A DNA stretch of 63,931 nucleotides, the filler included, from Choristocarpus tenellus KU-1152 (taxonomy: Eukaryota; Protista; Phaeophyceae): NCBI GenBank assembly GCA_964200185.2. It is 10 parts of 10 records of this genome, joined end to end, with 100 filler letters (N's around TTAATTAATTAA, not from the genome) between each part and the next. Parts side by side here need not be neighbours in the genome. Positions count along the whole stretch, not along the records: positions 21,377 to 28,647 come from CAXNAD020006431.1; positions 28,748 to 39,510 come from CAXNAD020002728.1; positions 39,611 to 44,051 come from CAXNAD020014541.1; 7 more parts are not named here. The stretch is one strand, 5' to 3'. This document shows positions 27,499-41,357 of the stretch, one piece after another. The notes under the pieces are model-generated. The model had not been told where the DNA came from. It made no database searches and saw nothing but the letters and a program-made list of their open reading frames with translations. The first letter of the stretch is position 1; every line of letters begins with the position of its first letter. A program made the translations under genes and the position numbers.

Positions 27499-28950
27499 CC
27501 TCTAACACATCACTGGTGTTGAACGCAGCGCATCAAAATACATTCCCGATATCAACATTTCCAATACGATGAGAGTTGCGAACCAAGAAGAAGAGGACTT
27601 CCGAATTTAAGCAGCAATCGATTCAGCTCTCGTCAGACATATCATGACAAATCGCCCTTTTCATCTCGCCCATAGCACACGACCAGCGAGCGGCATAGCC
27701 CGCAGGGAAAAACGCAACTCAAGGTGTACGCCGCTGGTAGGCCTATTTGCACTGCAGGCTTTGCTCCCATGACCACACTACATAGATGCATTTCAGATTA
27801 TCGTGTCAAAACAACAACCGCCTTCCATATCCACTACAAACTATGGCGAACGTGTCAACCAACCACAACCTACCAACCACACACTTGACTCCAATCAGTT
27901 CTGGTCAAAACGATCCTTTCACCTTGAGGGTTGTAATCCTCGGGTACAAACAAGGCAACTGTTCCCCGATTTGTCTTTTAGCTACTGAGTCGATTGCCAT
28001 TGAAGCCTTTTGGGTCCTCTATATTCGGATTAGTTTGCAAGGCTGCCTATGCTTCACGTCACACAATATATTTGGGAAGACTAACAGCTAGTTACTCAAG
28101 TGGCGAGGGACAGTACTATCTAATGTGCATGAGCGCTCACACACACTTACCAGGGCAATAAAAACTAATGTGAAGCATTAGTTTTATCGCCTGAGAATCG
28201 AGAACGGGACTACGCTCTTCCACACCATGAGGAAAAATTCATGGTTTCGGAGATGTACACCTCTAGGTAAAGACATTATCTATTTCTACAACTTATTCAA
28301 GAAAGGTCAGCCAATTAAAATGCTTCGCAATGTGCGCTCTTGATGACTTGAAACATGGTGTCAGCACACGCCTTTTGCAAGGTTGTTGTGCAGTACAATG
28401 AGATACAAGGTGCACCTCGGTGAGATACAAGGTGAACCTCGGTGGCAACATTCAAAACAAATTGTTGTTCTGCTATTGTGCTCCTCTGCTGCTGTAGAAC
28501 CAACCAAGACTTGCGAAACAAAAACATACAGTACAATAGTCCACCGTTCTATGGAAGTGAGATTTAGGTATGCAATTAGGCTCAAAGTATCTGGGGGGGG
28601 GGGGGGGGCAAGTGTCCGTTTGGGGGCAATTTTTTCATGGCGTGATTNNNNNNNNNNNNNNNNNNNNNNNNNNNNNNNNNNNNNNNNNNNNTTAATTAAT
28701 TAANNNNNNNNNNNNNNNNNNNNNNNNNNNNNNNNNNNNNNNNNNNNCCCCCCCTCCTCCCCCAGATACTTTGAACCTCACTGGTGGCCCTTATGCTCGC
28801 TTTCAATCAAGTACATGGAGTTGATTCGGGCTGACTTACTACATACTTTTAAACTCTCTTGGTTCACAACACCAAAACATTTACTAAAATATACTATAAA
28901 CACCAAGCGTTAAATAGACCAAGTATATTGTAAATGCAAGCAGATCATAC

Positions 28951-29217
28951 GATTGAAAGTATCTTATTAAGAGAGGGTACGAGTTTTGCCCTGTTTGTCC
29001 ATTTTGGGGCTTGGCTTCCCATGTTTTTTTTTAACGATATTTTCCTACTCCAAAATGTTTCGGAGTAGATAAAATGCATACGTTACAAAAAGGTGTGTCT
29101 GGAACAAGGATATTGACACTTCCTAACAAAAACGATAGCCAAAATTGCATCAAAATCGCAACATTGGATTTTGTCCCCCAAATGGACGCGGCTCTACCCT
29201 CTAACATACATTGACTC
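28951..29217. mobile_element. MITE type 2 copy
   Basis: Co-linear with 15536-15793; TIRs degenerate. Confidence 0.85.
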
Positions 29218-29799
29218 GGATCTCACTAGCCCCCTGTATGTGCTCTGTGCCTAAAATGCATGTTTTGCTTTTTTTGTTTTTGTTTTGCCTCCTGCGATGC
29301 GCATATAGATCAGACCAGAGGGCTGAGTATTTGCTTATGTTTCTTGGCTAGAAGGGGTGCTCAGGCGAGAGACAAGCCGCCCTACTCAGGTTCACACTGC
29401 AGCAGGAGAAAATAAATGTTAAGGATGTTGTACTTAGGGAAGCACAGAAGAAGGAACCAAAATCTTAGATGGTTGTGGACAGGCTGAATGTGCTGTTTGG
29501 TCCTACTGTCGAACCTCGATATATTTCAACATCACCATTCTTTTTCTTTTGAGGGATAAGAAAATAAAGGAGAGCACATCAAATCCCTCCCCCCCCCCTC
29601 CCCCCCCTCCCCCCCCAACAACAACGGAAATTAACCCTAACCCTAACCCAATACCATGCCCAGCCCCGAGGAGACTCAATTGCTTACACAGTACCTTTGA
29701 GATGTCACAGAGACTAATACTTCAAAACTCCTCTACATGCTCAGGCTTCATCTAATCATACAACACTTCTGCGATCACACTAATCAGATAGGCACGTAC

Positions 29800-32700
29800 A
29801 GATAGTTGACCATAAGACCGAAGCTCTGCCTAAGGCCCTTCTCTGAAGTATCTGCCATCCAGTTCACGCGCTCCACACTGGCTCCATTTGACACCTGAAA
29901 ACAGACCAGCAATACCAAGTGGAGCCACCACACATCGACCGCCACCCAATAGAGTAGGATCAGTGGGTTAGGCAGCACAATGGTAAGATTTTACAGCGGG
30001 TGTTTTGGTAAATCTTTGCAAGGCGTCACCGCCTTCGGTTCTTGTGCCGAGCAAAGTATCACATGCACTCAAGACCCGAGAGACGCCTTCCCAATCGTTG
30101 ACTTCCGCCTCCAGGAGTGGATGGAAAACCCCACCCATCAGCTTAGCATTGCCTATTATGTTCGAGTCATGAGCATTGGCATAGGAGTAAAGAGAGATTC
30201 TAGCATTAAGTTAAAGCTTAACTGCATTGGTTGGCATTTGTAATACTTATACAACAAGGATTGTTGCAGCATGTGCCAATGACATTCAGCGGAGCATTTT
30301 TTTTTTTAAATCTTCATAAGCTCAGTCGCCAATGGACAGTGTTCCTTCCGCTGCTTTTCTTGTTTTGTCTTGTTTTGTTTCCCACCTCGTCACCATATTT
30401 TATTTTATTTTATTTTATTTTATGACCCTGGGTCCACTCAACAAGAACTACCTCCCACTACATTGAACTGCTGAACTCTCCTATCTCCCACTACATTCAC
30501 AAAAACGTGAGAAGCCAGAAGCAAGAGGTGGCAAGGTGGGTCACACCGAAGCAAGTCCAGAAAAAAAAAGATTTGAGAGAGGAGGTGAGGTGATGGGCAG
30601 CTGAGAAACAGTGCAAAATTGGAGGAAGTGCAATTAGTAGTAGATAATTGGAGCAAGAGCTGGTTGCAAGCACAGAGCAGAGTGTATTCCTCTGGCTACA
30701 GGCCAGGGGGTAGCACTCAAGCTAAAAAGTGAAAAAAAAAGAAATAGAGTCATTCAAGGCCGAGCAAGGTGAAAGCACAGCAGCATGCTACAAAACACAC
30801 AGATGTACAACAACATGAAAAGGAACAAATGCTCAGGAGTGTGAGTCAAACCCTGTCCTTAGGCACGACCTCCATTATCACATACATGGAAGTGGCCCAC
30901 TGGGTCTAAGATTCTCCCTCGAACTGTCTCCCTGATGAGGTACCGTGAAGCAAGACGCATCAGGACTGTCTCCACCACCCCTGCCCCAGCCCCAGCCCCC
31001 TCCCCCACCCCCATCGTCTCCTGAGGTCCTGCATCTGATCCCACTGATCCCCTGGTTCCTGCCATAGGTGCCCCTGCTAAAGGCCCATCTTTTTCAAGGA
31101 GCGCCTCCAAGGCTCGCGCCTCCAGTGGTACATTTGAGTGAGATGGGGGTGGGTGGGGGTTGCTCCCCCCCTGGGTATATTCCAGTATGGCTTCAGCCTC
31201 GCCAGGAGCCAGGAGGAGCTCTGGGGGGAAGGGGAAAGAGAGGTATGGACACAGTCCATTAGAGTTTCTATTTTTTTTTTAATGTAAAGGGTCCGAGGTG
31301 AGGTTAACCACTTCCCCCCTCGGGACAAAAATTTCCAGTTTCTATTATTAAAAAAAAATTAATCAAACAAGTTCATGCGGTGTAATAATAATATTAGTTT
31401 TTTTCAAGTAAGAAGTAATATCAACGACAATTTGTCTGCTGATTGACACATCGAGTCAATGCCCATCAACGCGATCAATCTCCATCAACGTGAAGGCTAT
31501 ATATCCTACAGCTAATTGTATCCCCTGATAGTGATAGATGTCGACAGCTAATCGATTTTCTCACTCAGACGCACACAAAACTCGAACACAAACCTTCAGA
31601 AAACTTGCTACCAGAGCCCAGTGCTGCTCTTTGCTTGGTCTTGTTGGTAAGCCACATTCGAAAGGAGGGGATTGGACTGAGAGTTGCAAAGGAGACAACC
31701 TATTTTTTCAGTGGAGGTGGGGTGGTAGGAAACGAGAAGAAAGGGCTGAGGGACTGAGGGTTGGAGGGACTGCAAGCCATTTAACTAGAATGCTAGTTTG
31801 TATCTGTTACATTGTTACATCTTCCTTTCAGTGTACATGCCTACTCTCCCCTCTCCCTGACTCATGTTCCCCTTCCTCCCCAAGCGATATCCGCACATCC
31901 TCCCAAAATGAAGCCCTCCCCCACCCCCACCCCCCCACTGGAGCTATACATCATAGTATGAAAGCACCTATCCTTTATCTCCACCTGAGGTAGCTCAGCC
32001 TTGAGTTGTGCAACAACCCTTTTTATGAGGAAATTCCCCAGGGGTACTCCCCGAATGCCAATGTGGGGGGATGAGATTGAGTAGAACACAGCCCATCTGG
32101 CCTGGCTAGTCCATGCAATGGAGGGGGAAAAAAAGGTGGTGAGGGGGAAGTTGAGCAGGTGGTGACATGAGCAACCAGCCCAACATATTGTTGTTGCTAA
32201 ATGATTATGAGTGAGACATGTGGAAGAGGATGGAGGGAGACAGCGGCTGACAGATCATGTGCCAAATCAATGCTTAGGATACAAGACTGAAACAAAGGGG
32301 GTGGTCAAACATCCCCAACACCCCTCCCCCCCCCCTACAACTTCAAGTTGCAATGGTCACAACAGCAGGGAAAAAACACCTATCTCTCCACTATGACTTA
32401 TGCCTTCACCCTCCCTTCTTGACAAAACCCGATCTACATATTTGTTTTAGCACCTCTTCTGCTTCTTACTCCCTGCCTCCCCTCTTGCCCAACCCACTGT
32501 TTAAACTACTATACATGGAAAACACCAACAATACTGAAACTCCTCAATTAGCAAAATGAAAGCAGGACAAGGAGAGAGCGTACCTCACTCTCATTGCCCA
32601 CCAATTTACTCAATGCTCCTCCTTCAACAACCCCTGCACCAGCTGCCCCATTATTCCTAGCCCCCCCCCCAACTCTGGAGTCAATTCCCCCAGGCTCTGC

Positions 32701-35332
32701 CCCTGCCCCAGTTGTCTCCTTCAACTGAGCCATGCTCGCAGCCATTTCAGGGAGAAGAGCTACGTGGACAAACACTAGTGGCTCCTCTGGGATACAGGGG
32801 TGGAGGAAGGCAAAGCATCGACGACCAGGGCCGAGGCGCTCCTTAAGCTCTGAAAGTGATCGAACAGGGTGGACAGCTTCATAGCTGTAAAGGAAACACA
32901 CAAAACACCACACAGCAGACGGAGGAGAGGAAATAGAGCAAAACAAGGAGGAGAGGGGAGGGGATATGAAGGATCCTTTTGAAACAGGAAACAGGGCAAG
33001 GACAAAAAAAAAGAAAGAGAGGGAGTGCAAATGAGGAGAATGCGAAGCATTGGGTTAAGGGGGGGGGGGAGGAGGAGGACGACGAGGAGAGAGGGATCGG
33101 GATTGTACCAACAAGAAAATGTTCCCATGACTGCTGTTAGAATACACACCGGGCGATCTTCTCCAGCATGGCCCCGCCTGATTTCTCATAGGTGATCCGC
33201 CTCAGCTCTAGGAAGCCAGCACTGAACCACCCCTGCAGCAGGGTGCGCAGTGTGCCATCAAATGCCCTGAGGTGGGGGTCCATTGCTAAGGTTCCATCAC
33301 GCATTAATAGACCCAAGAGATCCTGCGATTTGACACAGCTCGGCGTTAACACTTGTTATGTGTTATGGAGGAGACTGGATGGGGAAATCGATGAGGTAAC
33401 ACTTCAAATAGACTATCCTCCTATAAGAACAAGAGGGCATGGCCACGAGGGTTCAGGCCTCTCTCTGACTTGGGGAGGGATTTGTTCATTGCAGTCAGCC
33501 CCCTGGTGTAACGAAGTTTGCATCTGACATCTGGATGGAGAGACTTTGGAGGGGGTAGGGGAGGGGGAGAGATTGAGCAGATTTGAACACGTGACTGCAT
33601 AAGAGCACAAGTGCTTGTTTGCTCTATTTTCTAACTTATTCACTCCCATCTATTACATGCCAGCTACTGAGAACCATTGTGAAAGTGCGCTTTTCTTCTT
33701 CACCCCTGTGTGTCTAGTTGAAATATCCTGTTAACAAGATATGATCACCCGCCAGAGCCACACCAACAGCGGAGCCAAGAATCATTACATGTGATGGAGC
33801 AAACACTGCCAAACATTGATGCAATAACGAAGCAACAAAAGCTACCACATTATCATCTCACAAGAAGTACCCTGGTTTGGAACGAACAGAGAGGTTCTGG
33901 ACCGTTTCTCAAGGGCAAGGCTAGATAGGATGCTTGGAGGGCAAGAATTCATTGGCAATCACCTAGCCCTGTCAAATCTTATTCTATCACCCCCCACCTT
34001 TATTGCATCCTTGCCCTGCATTGCGTCACTCCAAACACAACCCCCATATCACAACACACCATGGCAAAGCTAAAACTAGCACAATGTACACGCAGAAGTC
34101 AACATGGGGACGCCTCTTGACCTCTCGGAGTCCCACGACGAAACTAACACCATTGTCTGACTCTGCAACCACAGTCCGCAATAGCTCCTCATTTGCAGGG
34201 GTGATATCGTGTCGCAGCTTCTCATATGCTTTTGCATGACGACTGCCATGAGTCACCCCTCCAACACCACTGCCCGACCCTCCTCGAATATCCTCCCCTG
34301 TCGATTCTGTCCCGACAGAGGTCCCCACTACCCCAGAATTGTGGGCTACACTGGCTGTATAATGCTCTAAGGCGGTATATACATTTGCCTGAGTGGGGGT
34401 GAAGTCCCTAGATGGAGGAAGGTAAGGAAGGTAAGGATGGTCGATGAGAGGGGAAGGAGGGGTTACATTCTTGTGTTAAAGTTTGAACGGTTTTGTCATA
34501 CAGGCTGGGCTATCGAAGCTCGAGCATGTGAGGCAAATCATTGTGCGTTTGGTATTTGAATTCATCTGTTAGAAAATATACTTTGGAGTTCATGAGCGTA
34601 CAATGACATGGGGTGTATGCAATACCGAGGCAGTTTGGGTCTACTTTACGATCCCCGATACCAAGGACTTCGACAACTGTCCCTCAAAGCAGGGATAGCT
34701 CATGCATTGCCCAATGGATGTAGCTTGTTATATGGAAACGAGGAACATAGTGTACGACCAACCTTGCCAAGCTCAGCAACACTTTTTCCTTGCCACTGGC
34801 GTCGAGATCCAAGTACTTGGAACAGAACATACTTACCACCTGATTAGAGTGTTAGGCGGTCGACAGGTCAGAGGTCGATTCGAGGCACAGCACCTAGTTT
34901 GGCTTGGAAATTTTCGGTATAGAGTTGCACAAGTCAGTCAACAAGCTCTAGCGGAGCTGGGGGACCAACTCTCCTGTTGGTCATAGTTGATACTGGTCGT
35001 TTGTGTAAGGACCTACCAACGTCGCAAAGAGAATGTCGTTATATTGCACCCACTTCCTTCGGAACGACGTTCCTCGTTCGACCCTTATGCTGAACAATCC
35101 TGTTCATGATCTCTACCATATCTTGGTTGTCTCTCTTAAGAGGGGATCTTGAACCACACCAGCGTTTAGGCGTACCCAAGAATACTGTATCCTGCTGTTG
35201 TGGGGCAGAAGAACCCCAAGATTGATTAGAGTGGCCCAAGTGATCAATCGGCGAGAGGAATCGAGAGTAAATAGCGCCACCGCGTCGAAGGAGGCCGACA
35301 CGGGGGCCACTTAGAACACAATTCGTTGTCAT
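29800..35332 (-). CDS. MLYCD: Malonyl-CoA decarboxylase with a mitochondrial-type N-terminal presequence; terminal exon not located
   Basis: Nine phase-consistent exons: 35332-35054, 34839-34763, 34407-34122, 33322-33150, 32884-32584, 32101-31985, 31699-31612, 31220-30886, 29894-29800. Motifs WFSAGFLELRRIT, YEAVHP, RRCFAF.HP.IPEEPLVFVHVAL, AVFYSIS, LGNFLIKRVV, TLSPIP, DPVGHFH|VSNGA, S.GLMVNY. Confidence 0.95.
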
Positions 35333-35478
35333 AGATTTCCAGACTTGGGTTGTCATGTTGTGAGTCGTCAACAAACTTCTTTCAACTCCCTGACACTGGC
35401 TCCAAATAAGTTAACCCGAGGACTACCCGAGAACAATCCAACAAGTTGTACATCACAAACAGTACAGGTAGACAGACA

Positions 35479-37108
35479 ATGGAGGACGATGGGGAGGATT
35501 CTGTGGAGGATTTAGAGGGAATGGAAGCCGCACTGAGGGCTGCACTACAGTTTGCTGTCGGGGAGATCTGTAGTAGCGGAGAAGGCATGCCCATGACGGG
35601 ATCTGCAGTATCCACCCTAACCGAGGTGTGCATAGCCGAAGTTTCTCGTTCAGAAAAAAGGATAAGAGGTTGTTCTAGCAGCTGAAAGTAGAACTGGAAT
35701 TCTGCAGAGTATTGAAGCATCGGTTTGATTGCCCCGTAAAGCTGGGTGTATTACTAAAGGTCGTGCGTCGAGGCATGGATTACTTCAAGTAACAACAACG
35801 GTTTGTGATTCAGATATTGGTCGTCCCCACGATAGCCTGAGGAGAGGAGGAGTGCCCGGTCACAGTGTGTAATGACCATTAACTACATTAGCAGCGTTCT
35901 TGTTTCCGGAAAATCAAAGATAGACCTGATATCTCCCATCTTTACCGCTTCACATCCATGGAATGCCTGAACACAGGTTGTATTTAAATACTCGGCCGCA
36001 CTGGCGTTGGACCTGCGCTGTTTCGCAAAACATGGCAAGAGGGCGGTCGTGGGCGTCGATGACGTGAAACTTGTTGGCCGCAAAGATCCCAAACTGGTGA
36101 GTGCTATCAACATAATTGTGGGAATCGCAACATTTTAGTACTCTTTCTGCTGGGTTTTTGATCTGGATGCTGAAATCATTGGGAAACAACTATGTCTTCC
36201 GCTTGTGTTCACCCTAAGATATGTAAATCCTGAACAAAAAAACAATCTTCTGCAAAATCGGGCGAGTCTAGAGTGATGAATGAGTAGAATGCAGGTGTAT
36301 CCTCACTGCAGTAATGTCATGCCCACATGATGACGATATTGTGTTTGCAGTTCAGAATGCAGCCTTTGATGCACCAATACTCTAGGGCAAGGATTACTGG
36401 TCGCACGTAGCACTTCTGCTGTATATGCTGTACCTGTGCCGTTGTTGTTGTGGGGGATAACCTTCGCCACTCAAAGGCACGAAAGAATCACCTTGAAAAG
36501 GTAGTTGGAGGGAAAAGGGTGACACTTCTCTCAGTCAGCACTTGAGATTTTATGTTTTATAGCACGCTGTGGCCCAAGCTCATTTCTGGAGATGGGAGAG
36601 TGTGACTTCTACCTATACTCCACTGTAGTACTGAAAGGTGTTTTCTGTAAGCTGCAATCCTATTTGTAGTAGTCTATATTAACTTCCATGTGTTATTTAC
36701 TAACTAACTGATTGGCGAGTGAAGGATTTGTGAAGGTATCCAGTGTTGGTGTATGTTTGGTGTGCATCCGTTATATATATATTATATGGAAGGGATTGTA
36801 AAGTGTCCACCTAGAGCATTTGCTGCAGTTTTAGAGGCTCTCCCTGAATAGCCCTTGTGTAACAGTGGCATATATATATAATATGGAACAGGAAGGGATT
36901 GAAAAGTGTCTACCTAGAGCAAATGCTGCAGTTTTAGAGGCTCTCCCTGAATAGCCCTTGTGCAACAGTGGCATATTGTGCTTGCAAGCTATGCTCATAT
37001 TGCGTTACACTTTTCGAGCACTGTCAGGTGGAGGCCCTCACAGAGTTCGAGCGCGCCAACCTGAGCAGTGGCAAGAAGAAGGCACCACGAAAAAAGAAGG
37101 TATGCTAG
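35479..37108 (+). CDS. CENPS: Centromere protein S / MHF1 histone-fold protein
   Basis: Exons 35479-35625 (..LRAALQFAVGEIC..MTGSAVSTLTE), 35977-36096 (VVFKYSAALALDLRCFAKHGKRAVVGVDDVKLVGRKDPKL), 37028-37099/37108 (basic tail). DL..FAKH..R..V..DDV.L is the CENP-S signature. Confidence 0.9.
36788..36975. repeat. Intronic direct duplication of ~85 bp (period 103)
   Basis: GGAAGGGATTG..AACAGTGGCATAT starts at 36788 and again at 36891. Confidence 0.9.
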
Positions 37109-39267
37109 AACCTGTTGGGAAGAAACTGGAATAACCCCATGCAACTCTGACTGGTCTGATCATCCTCTGCTGCTGATATCCACTAGCTGTGCGGTTTTTG
37201 TGAGTTCAAGGGATATTTTTTATGTGTGCTATTTTTGGATTGAATGGCCTTGTAACAAATGCTTTTTGAGGTAGTTGCATCGGATGGAAATCTAAGCTTT
37301 GTGGGCAATTGTGACAATTCTCCATGTCTGCTCTGGAGTATACTATTGATAATAGATTACAGAAATTGTGACAATTCTCCAATCACTTGCTGCAGCTGTA
37401 GCTTCAAGACTTAAATGGATAATGGATATATATATACTTGAAAACATATGAAACAGTGTACTAAATACCATACAAACTACTCTGGAGCATGCAGCACACA
37501 TTTCTAGTTGGAGTTATTTTGCAGTACAAAACAGTAGACTGTTGGCAGATGAGAACCTCAAGAGCTTTGAATCAGCTCCGGTGATGACTGCAACTGGTGC
37601 CATTCAACCGCTGTTCAACCTAGAATATGGAAGACTATTTTGTTGCTTTGTGGTCTGCACACAACATGGTGTGAGCACAATGGGCACACTATTGCATGAA
37701 AATGTGGTCAGAGTAGCACATGAATGGCCTCCTTCCATCCCATATGCACTCTGACCCATATTCCCTAGAGGATAGGGCAGAAATGTGATCCACCAGTCAA
37801 ACATTACCCCTTCAGCGATGCTCCTAACTGGTCAAGGGATTTTTTTAAAAGTTGATGAGCAGCATGCCTGTGTGCCTACAGGGCTCAATGCGATTAATCA
37901 GGCACAATCCCCCCATTTTAGCTCTAGTTGAAACTTATCAGTTTCACCACGCTGCCGTAAGTAATGTTTGTGGGAAATACTTCAAATTTTGTTTTGGTGG
38001 TAATGCTGTGTCAGGAAGAGTGTGGTCATATTTCGAACCTGACGAGAGAGGTTATTTTTTCGTAGAGTGAGCTTTTGTGAATCTTCCGTTGGATTTTTTT
38101 CAAACGAAATCTTAAATTTCTTGGGTACAGCTGTGGAAATGTTGGAGTTTGTGGATTTTTGGACGCATCGGGTTCAAAGAGTGCTACTAGTTGATGTCAC
38201 CGGTCTGCCCATGGACTGCAATGTGTCCTAGCACCTGCACACAGAAACATTCAAGTGCTGCTTTCATTGTAGCTATGGGGATGGGATGAGCAATACTGAC
38301 TGCTAATGGTGTGATGTGAAGAGAGTATTGTAGATGCTGCATGTGCCTCAACAACACACAACAGCATTGACAGTTAAATGCTTATGTATATTTGCACTTT
38401 CTTTGCTGTTGGAAAGAACCTTTTTCTAAAAATCAGCTGATTTTATTGTTGAAGCTGCATTGCAGATGTAGAAGTATCCAGATAGATAATTGCATTTCAT
38501 TTTCATTTTTTTTTAGAAATCCCTCCAATCTCTCTCCGACTGACCTTGCACTAGGTTTTTGCGCCAAGTTTGGGGTACTCTGTGCCACAATGATATTGTT
38601 TTTGTCTCCAAACTTGTGCGAGCAAATTAATGTAGTGATCTCGTGGGAAGGCACTAAGACATATCCACTACTGAAGTTGATCCCTCTAGGAAAGGCTCTG
38701 TAGGCTTGTCATGCAAGATATCAGCTAGAGTACTCTTTGCATGACCTATTCTTTCCAGTCACTTGAAGACTCTTGCATGTTGTTAATCTTATTGTGGGTT
38801 TGTGCCTATTGAAGGCGGCATTGAAAGTAACTCTTCACTGCTGGATGGTACCAGGGTGATAACACCCTGTCTCCCTTCTATAATGTGGATCCCAGTCAGC
38901 CATGAACACGTTTTGAGTTATTGAGTATCAATACAGTGAGAGAAGGCAATATTCCTAGCCATGGTATCCAACATTTCTCATAACACTTTGCACAGGATTC
39001 ATCAACCCTTGTCAAAGGTCTGACTGTCCACACCGCGTACTTTGACTCCGACCCCTCCCACCTCCTTCCCTAGGCAACTGGCATTAATTTTTGACCAATC
39101 CCCTTCTCCTCCCCCCTACTTTCACATTGACAATCTATATACTCATGGTGACCCACAACGCTTCGCTTAATTTCTCAACAGGGGGATAATAGTGCAGGCA
39201 ATGGCAAAGGCAAGAGGATACCCAACCCACCACGACCACCTGCCACTTCCCCCCCATCATCACCCAC

Positions 39268-39460
39268 CTCATTGGCAGGGGTAGGGGTTGTGGGGGGCCT
39301 GGGCTCTGGGTCTTCGCCTGTAGCGATTGACCTCGTGGGGGATGGGTTGAGTCGAACTGGGAGCGGAAGCAGTGGAGGAGATTTCAATGAGGACTTTGTC
39401 TTGTGAATTTTCTTGTTCCTTATTTCCCGCTTTTGTTCTCCTCCGCCTTTTGTCCAACAG
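39268..39460 (-). CDS. Possible Pro-rich exon of an unknown gene
   Basis: Open frame between CAG and GTGGGT (..KTKSSLKSPPLLPLPVRLNPSPTRS..PANE). Confidence 0.35.
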
Positions 39461-39648
39461 CTGTGTTAAGAATATGCTTTTTTATTCATGTGTAAAAGAA
39501 GATTCTGTAGNNNNNNNNNNNNNNNNNNNNNNNNNNNNNNNNNNNNNNNNNNNNTTAATTAATTAANNNNNNNNNNNNNNNNNNNNNNNNNNNNNNNNNN
39601 NNNNNNNNNNGTGTGGCCAACCTCTCCACAACCAAGGGCAAAACCTAC

Positions 39649-39784
39649 CTCTTTGTTCGCGGCGTAGATCACAATTGCGGTCTTGTGAGGCATGAACTGC
39701 CCGTACGTATGCGCCCAGTAGTCTATCCAGGACATCACCAGGTCTCGCTTCGGAGCCATGTCCTTCTCTTTGTTCGTGCCGTTC
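39649..39784 (-). mobile_element. Exon of a putative DNA-transposon protein
   Basis: AG/GT-bounded exon NGTNKEKDMAPKRDLVMSWIDYWAHTYGQFMPHKTAIVIYAANKE. The W..Y....G..MP pattern, plus an upstream CCKR (~40140), resembles from memory the N-terminal region of DUF7869-type putative transposases. No catalytic domain is visible because the contig ends. Confidence 0.4.
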
Positions 39785-40399
39785 CTGTTGTAGCAGCGCA
39801 CGTATGTATATATGGATGGGAGTTGTGTTGGAGGTGGATATAAGGGACGGGAGATGGAATCGTAGAGGGATCGTATGCCAGCAGCGGATCTCTAATTCTG
39901 TAGGTATTTACGCGTGGTAACTGCAGCAGCAGCGCAGGGACGGCCGGATGAGATGATATTTTTGAAGCATTAATAAACATATCACACATGCACATACACA
40001 TATATGTAACACATAACTCCACGCTGGAGGGATCTCTAACTTTGTACATCAGACATCAACTGCAAACTGAATGTGGTGAGTATTGTCGGATTACATTGTT
40101 CTGAGATAGGACTACTATTCAATCATCAAGCGCTTGCAGCAGTCACCCTGTTCGTTGACCGGGATGGGTTGAGCCCATTCTTGGCGAAGCTTGGTTCCGG
40201 TTGCTGAAGCGTCATTGGCAGAAAGCTCCAGCGCATCATTGTTGGCGGGCTGATGAGAGGGCAACACAGGGGACGGCGCAGGCGACAAAAGCCACCCCCT
40301 TGCTGTGAGAGCAACTGTCATGGTGTTTTGGGGCAATAAGCGGTCTTGGGCAGTGAGAAGGTCTAGGAGTGAATTGGATTCGAAGCCGGGCGTATGAAC

Positions 40400-41190
40400 G
40401 ATGTTTTAGCTTCGGGCGATCCGTGGGACCACCCTGAGATCCATGATCAGGAAAATACGTGCATTAGGGTTTTTAGAAATTGTAAATCCGATTATATCCG
40501 TAATTTCAATAAATAAAAATACTAAGCACATACTTAATTGATCTTGTACGTTTCCAATGTTCCGAAACCAAAACGTAAAAAAAAAATGACACCCTCTAAT
40601 TGTTTGAAGTACGAAATCTTATATTGTTCGACATTTGTATTTTTAAAGATACAAATTTCGACAAAAAGCGGTTTTTGAGTTTCGGGCGATCCGGTGGACC
40701 ACCCGAAACCCTTGAACCGCCAATACACGTGCATTAGGGTTTTTAGAAATAGTAAATCCGATTATATCTGTTGTTACAATTTAAAAAAATACAAAGCACG
40801 TACTTTATTGGTCTCATACGTTTCCAATGTTCCGAAACTAAAAGGTCACTTTAAACTGGTACCCTACAATTTTTTTAAATACTAAAGCCGCTATTTGTCG
40901 ACATTTGTATTTTTTTAAATACAAAGTCGACAAAAAGCGGTTTTTGAGTTTCGGGCGATCCGTCGGACCACCCGAAACCCTTGAACCGCCAAAACACGTG
41001 CATTAGGGTTTTTATGAAATAATAAAAATATTCTATTCTTAATATCAACAAATAAAAATACAAACCACATACTTCATTGATCTAATACGTTTGAAACGTA
41101 CCGAAACGATAAGGTCACAAAAAAATGATACTCTCTTATTTGTTTTGAGTATGAAATCGTATACTGTTCGATATTCGTATTTTTTATAAC
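40400..41190. repeat. ~270-bp tandem repeat x3 with internal palindromes
   Basis: TTCGGGCGATCC at 40411, 40681 and 40950; CGTGCATTAGGGTTTTTA and TACGTTT..CCGAAAC recur in each unit. Confidence 0.93.
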
Positions 41191-41357
41191 ACACTTATCA
41201 AGGGGAAGAGAAATCTGAGTTCTTTGGGGACCGACCGACTAGATGAAATAAAGCAGCACCCCCCAGCCCTCACTCCTCATTTCCATACCTTCCCTTCCGC
41301 ACATACCACCAGCAGCTCTTACTTATCTATCCCCGTCACACCCTCCCAATCTTCGCC

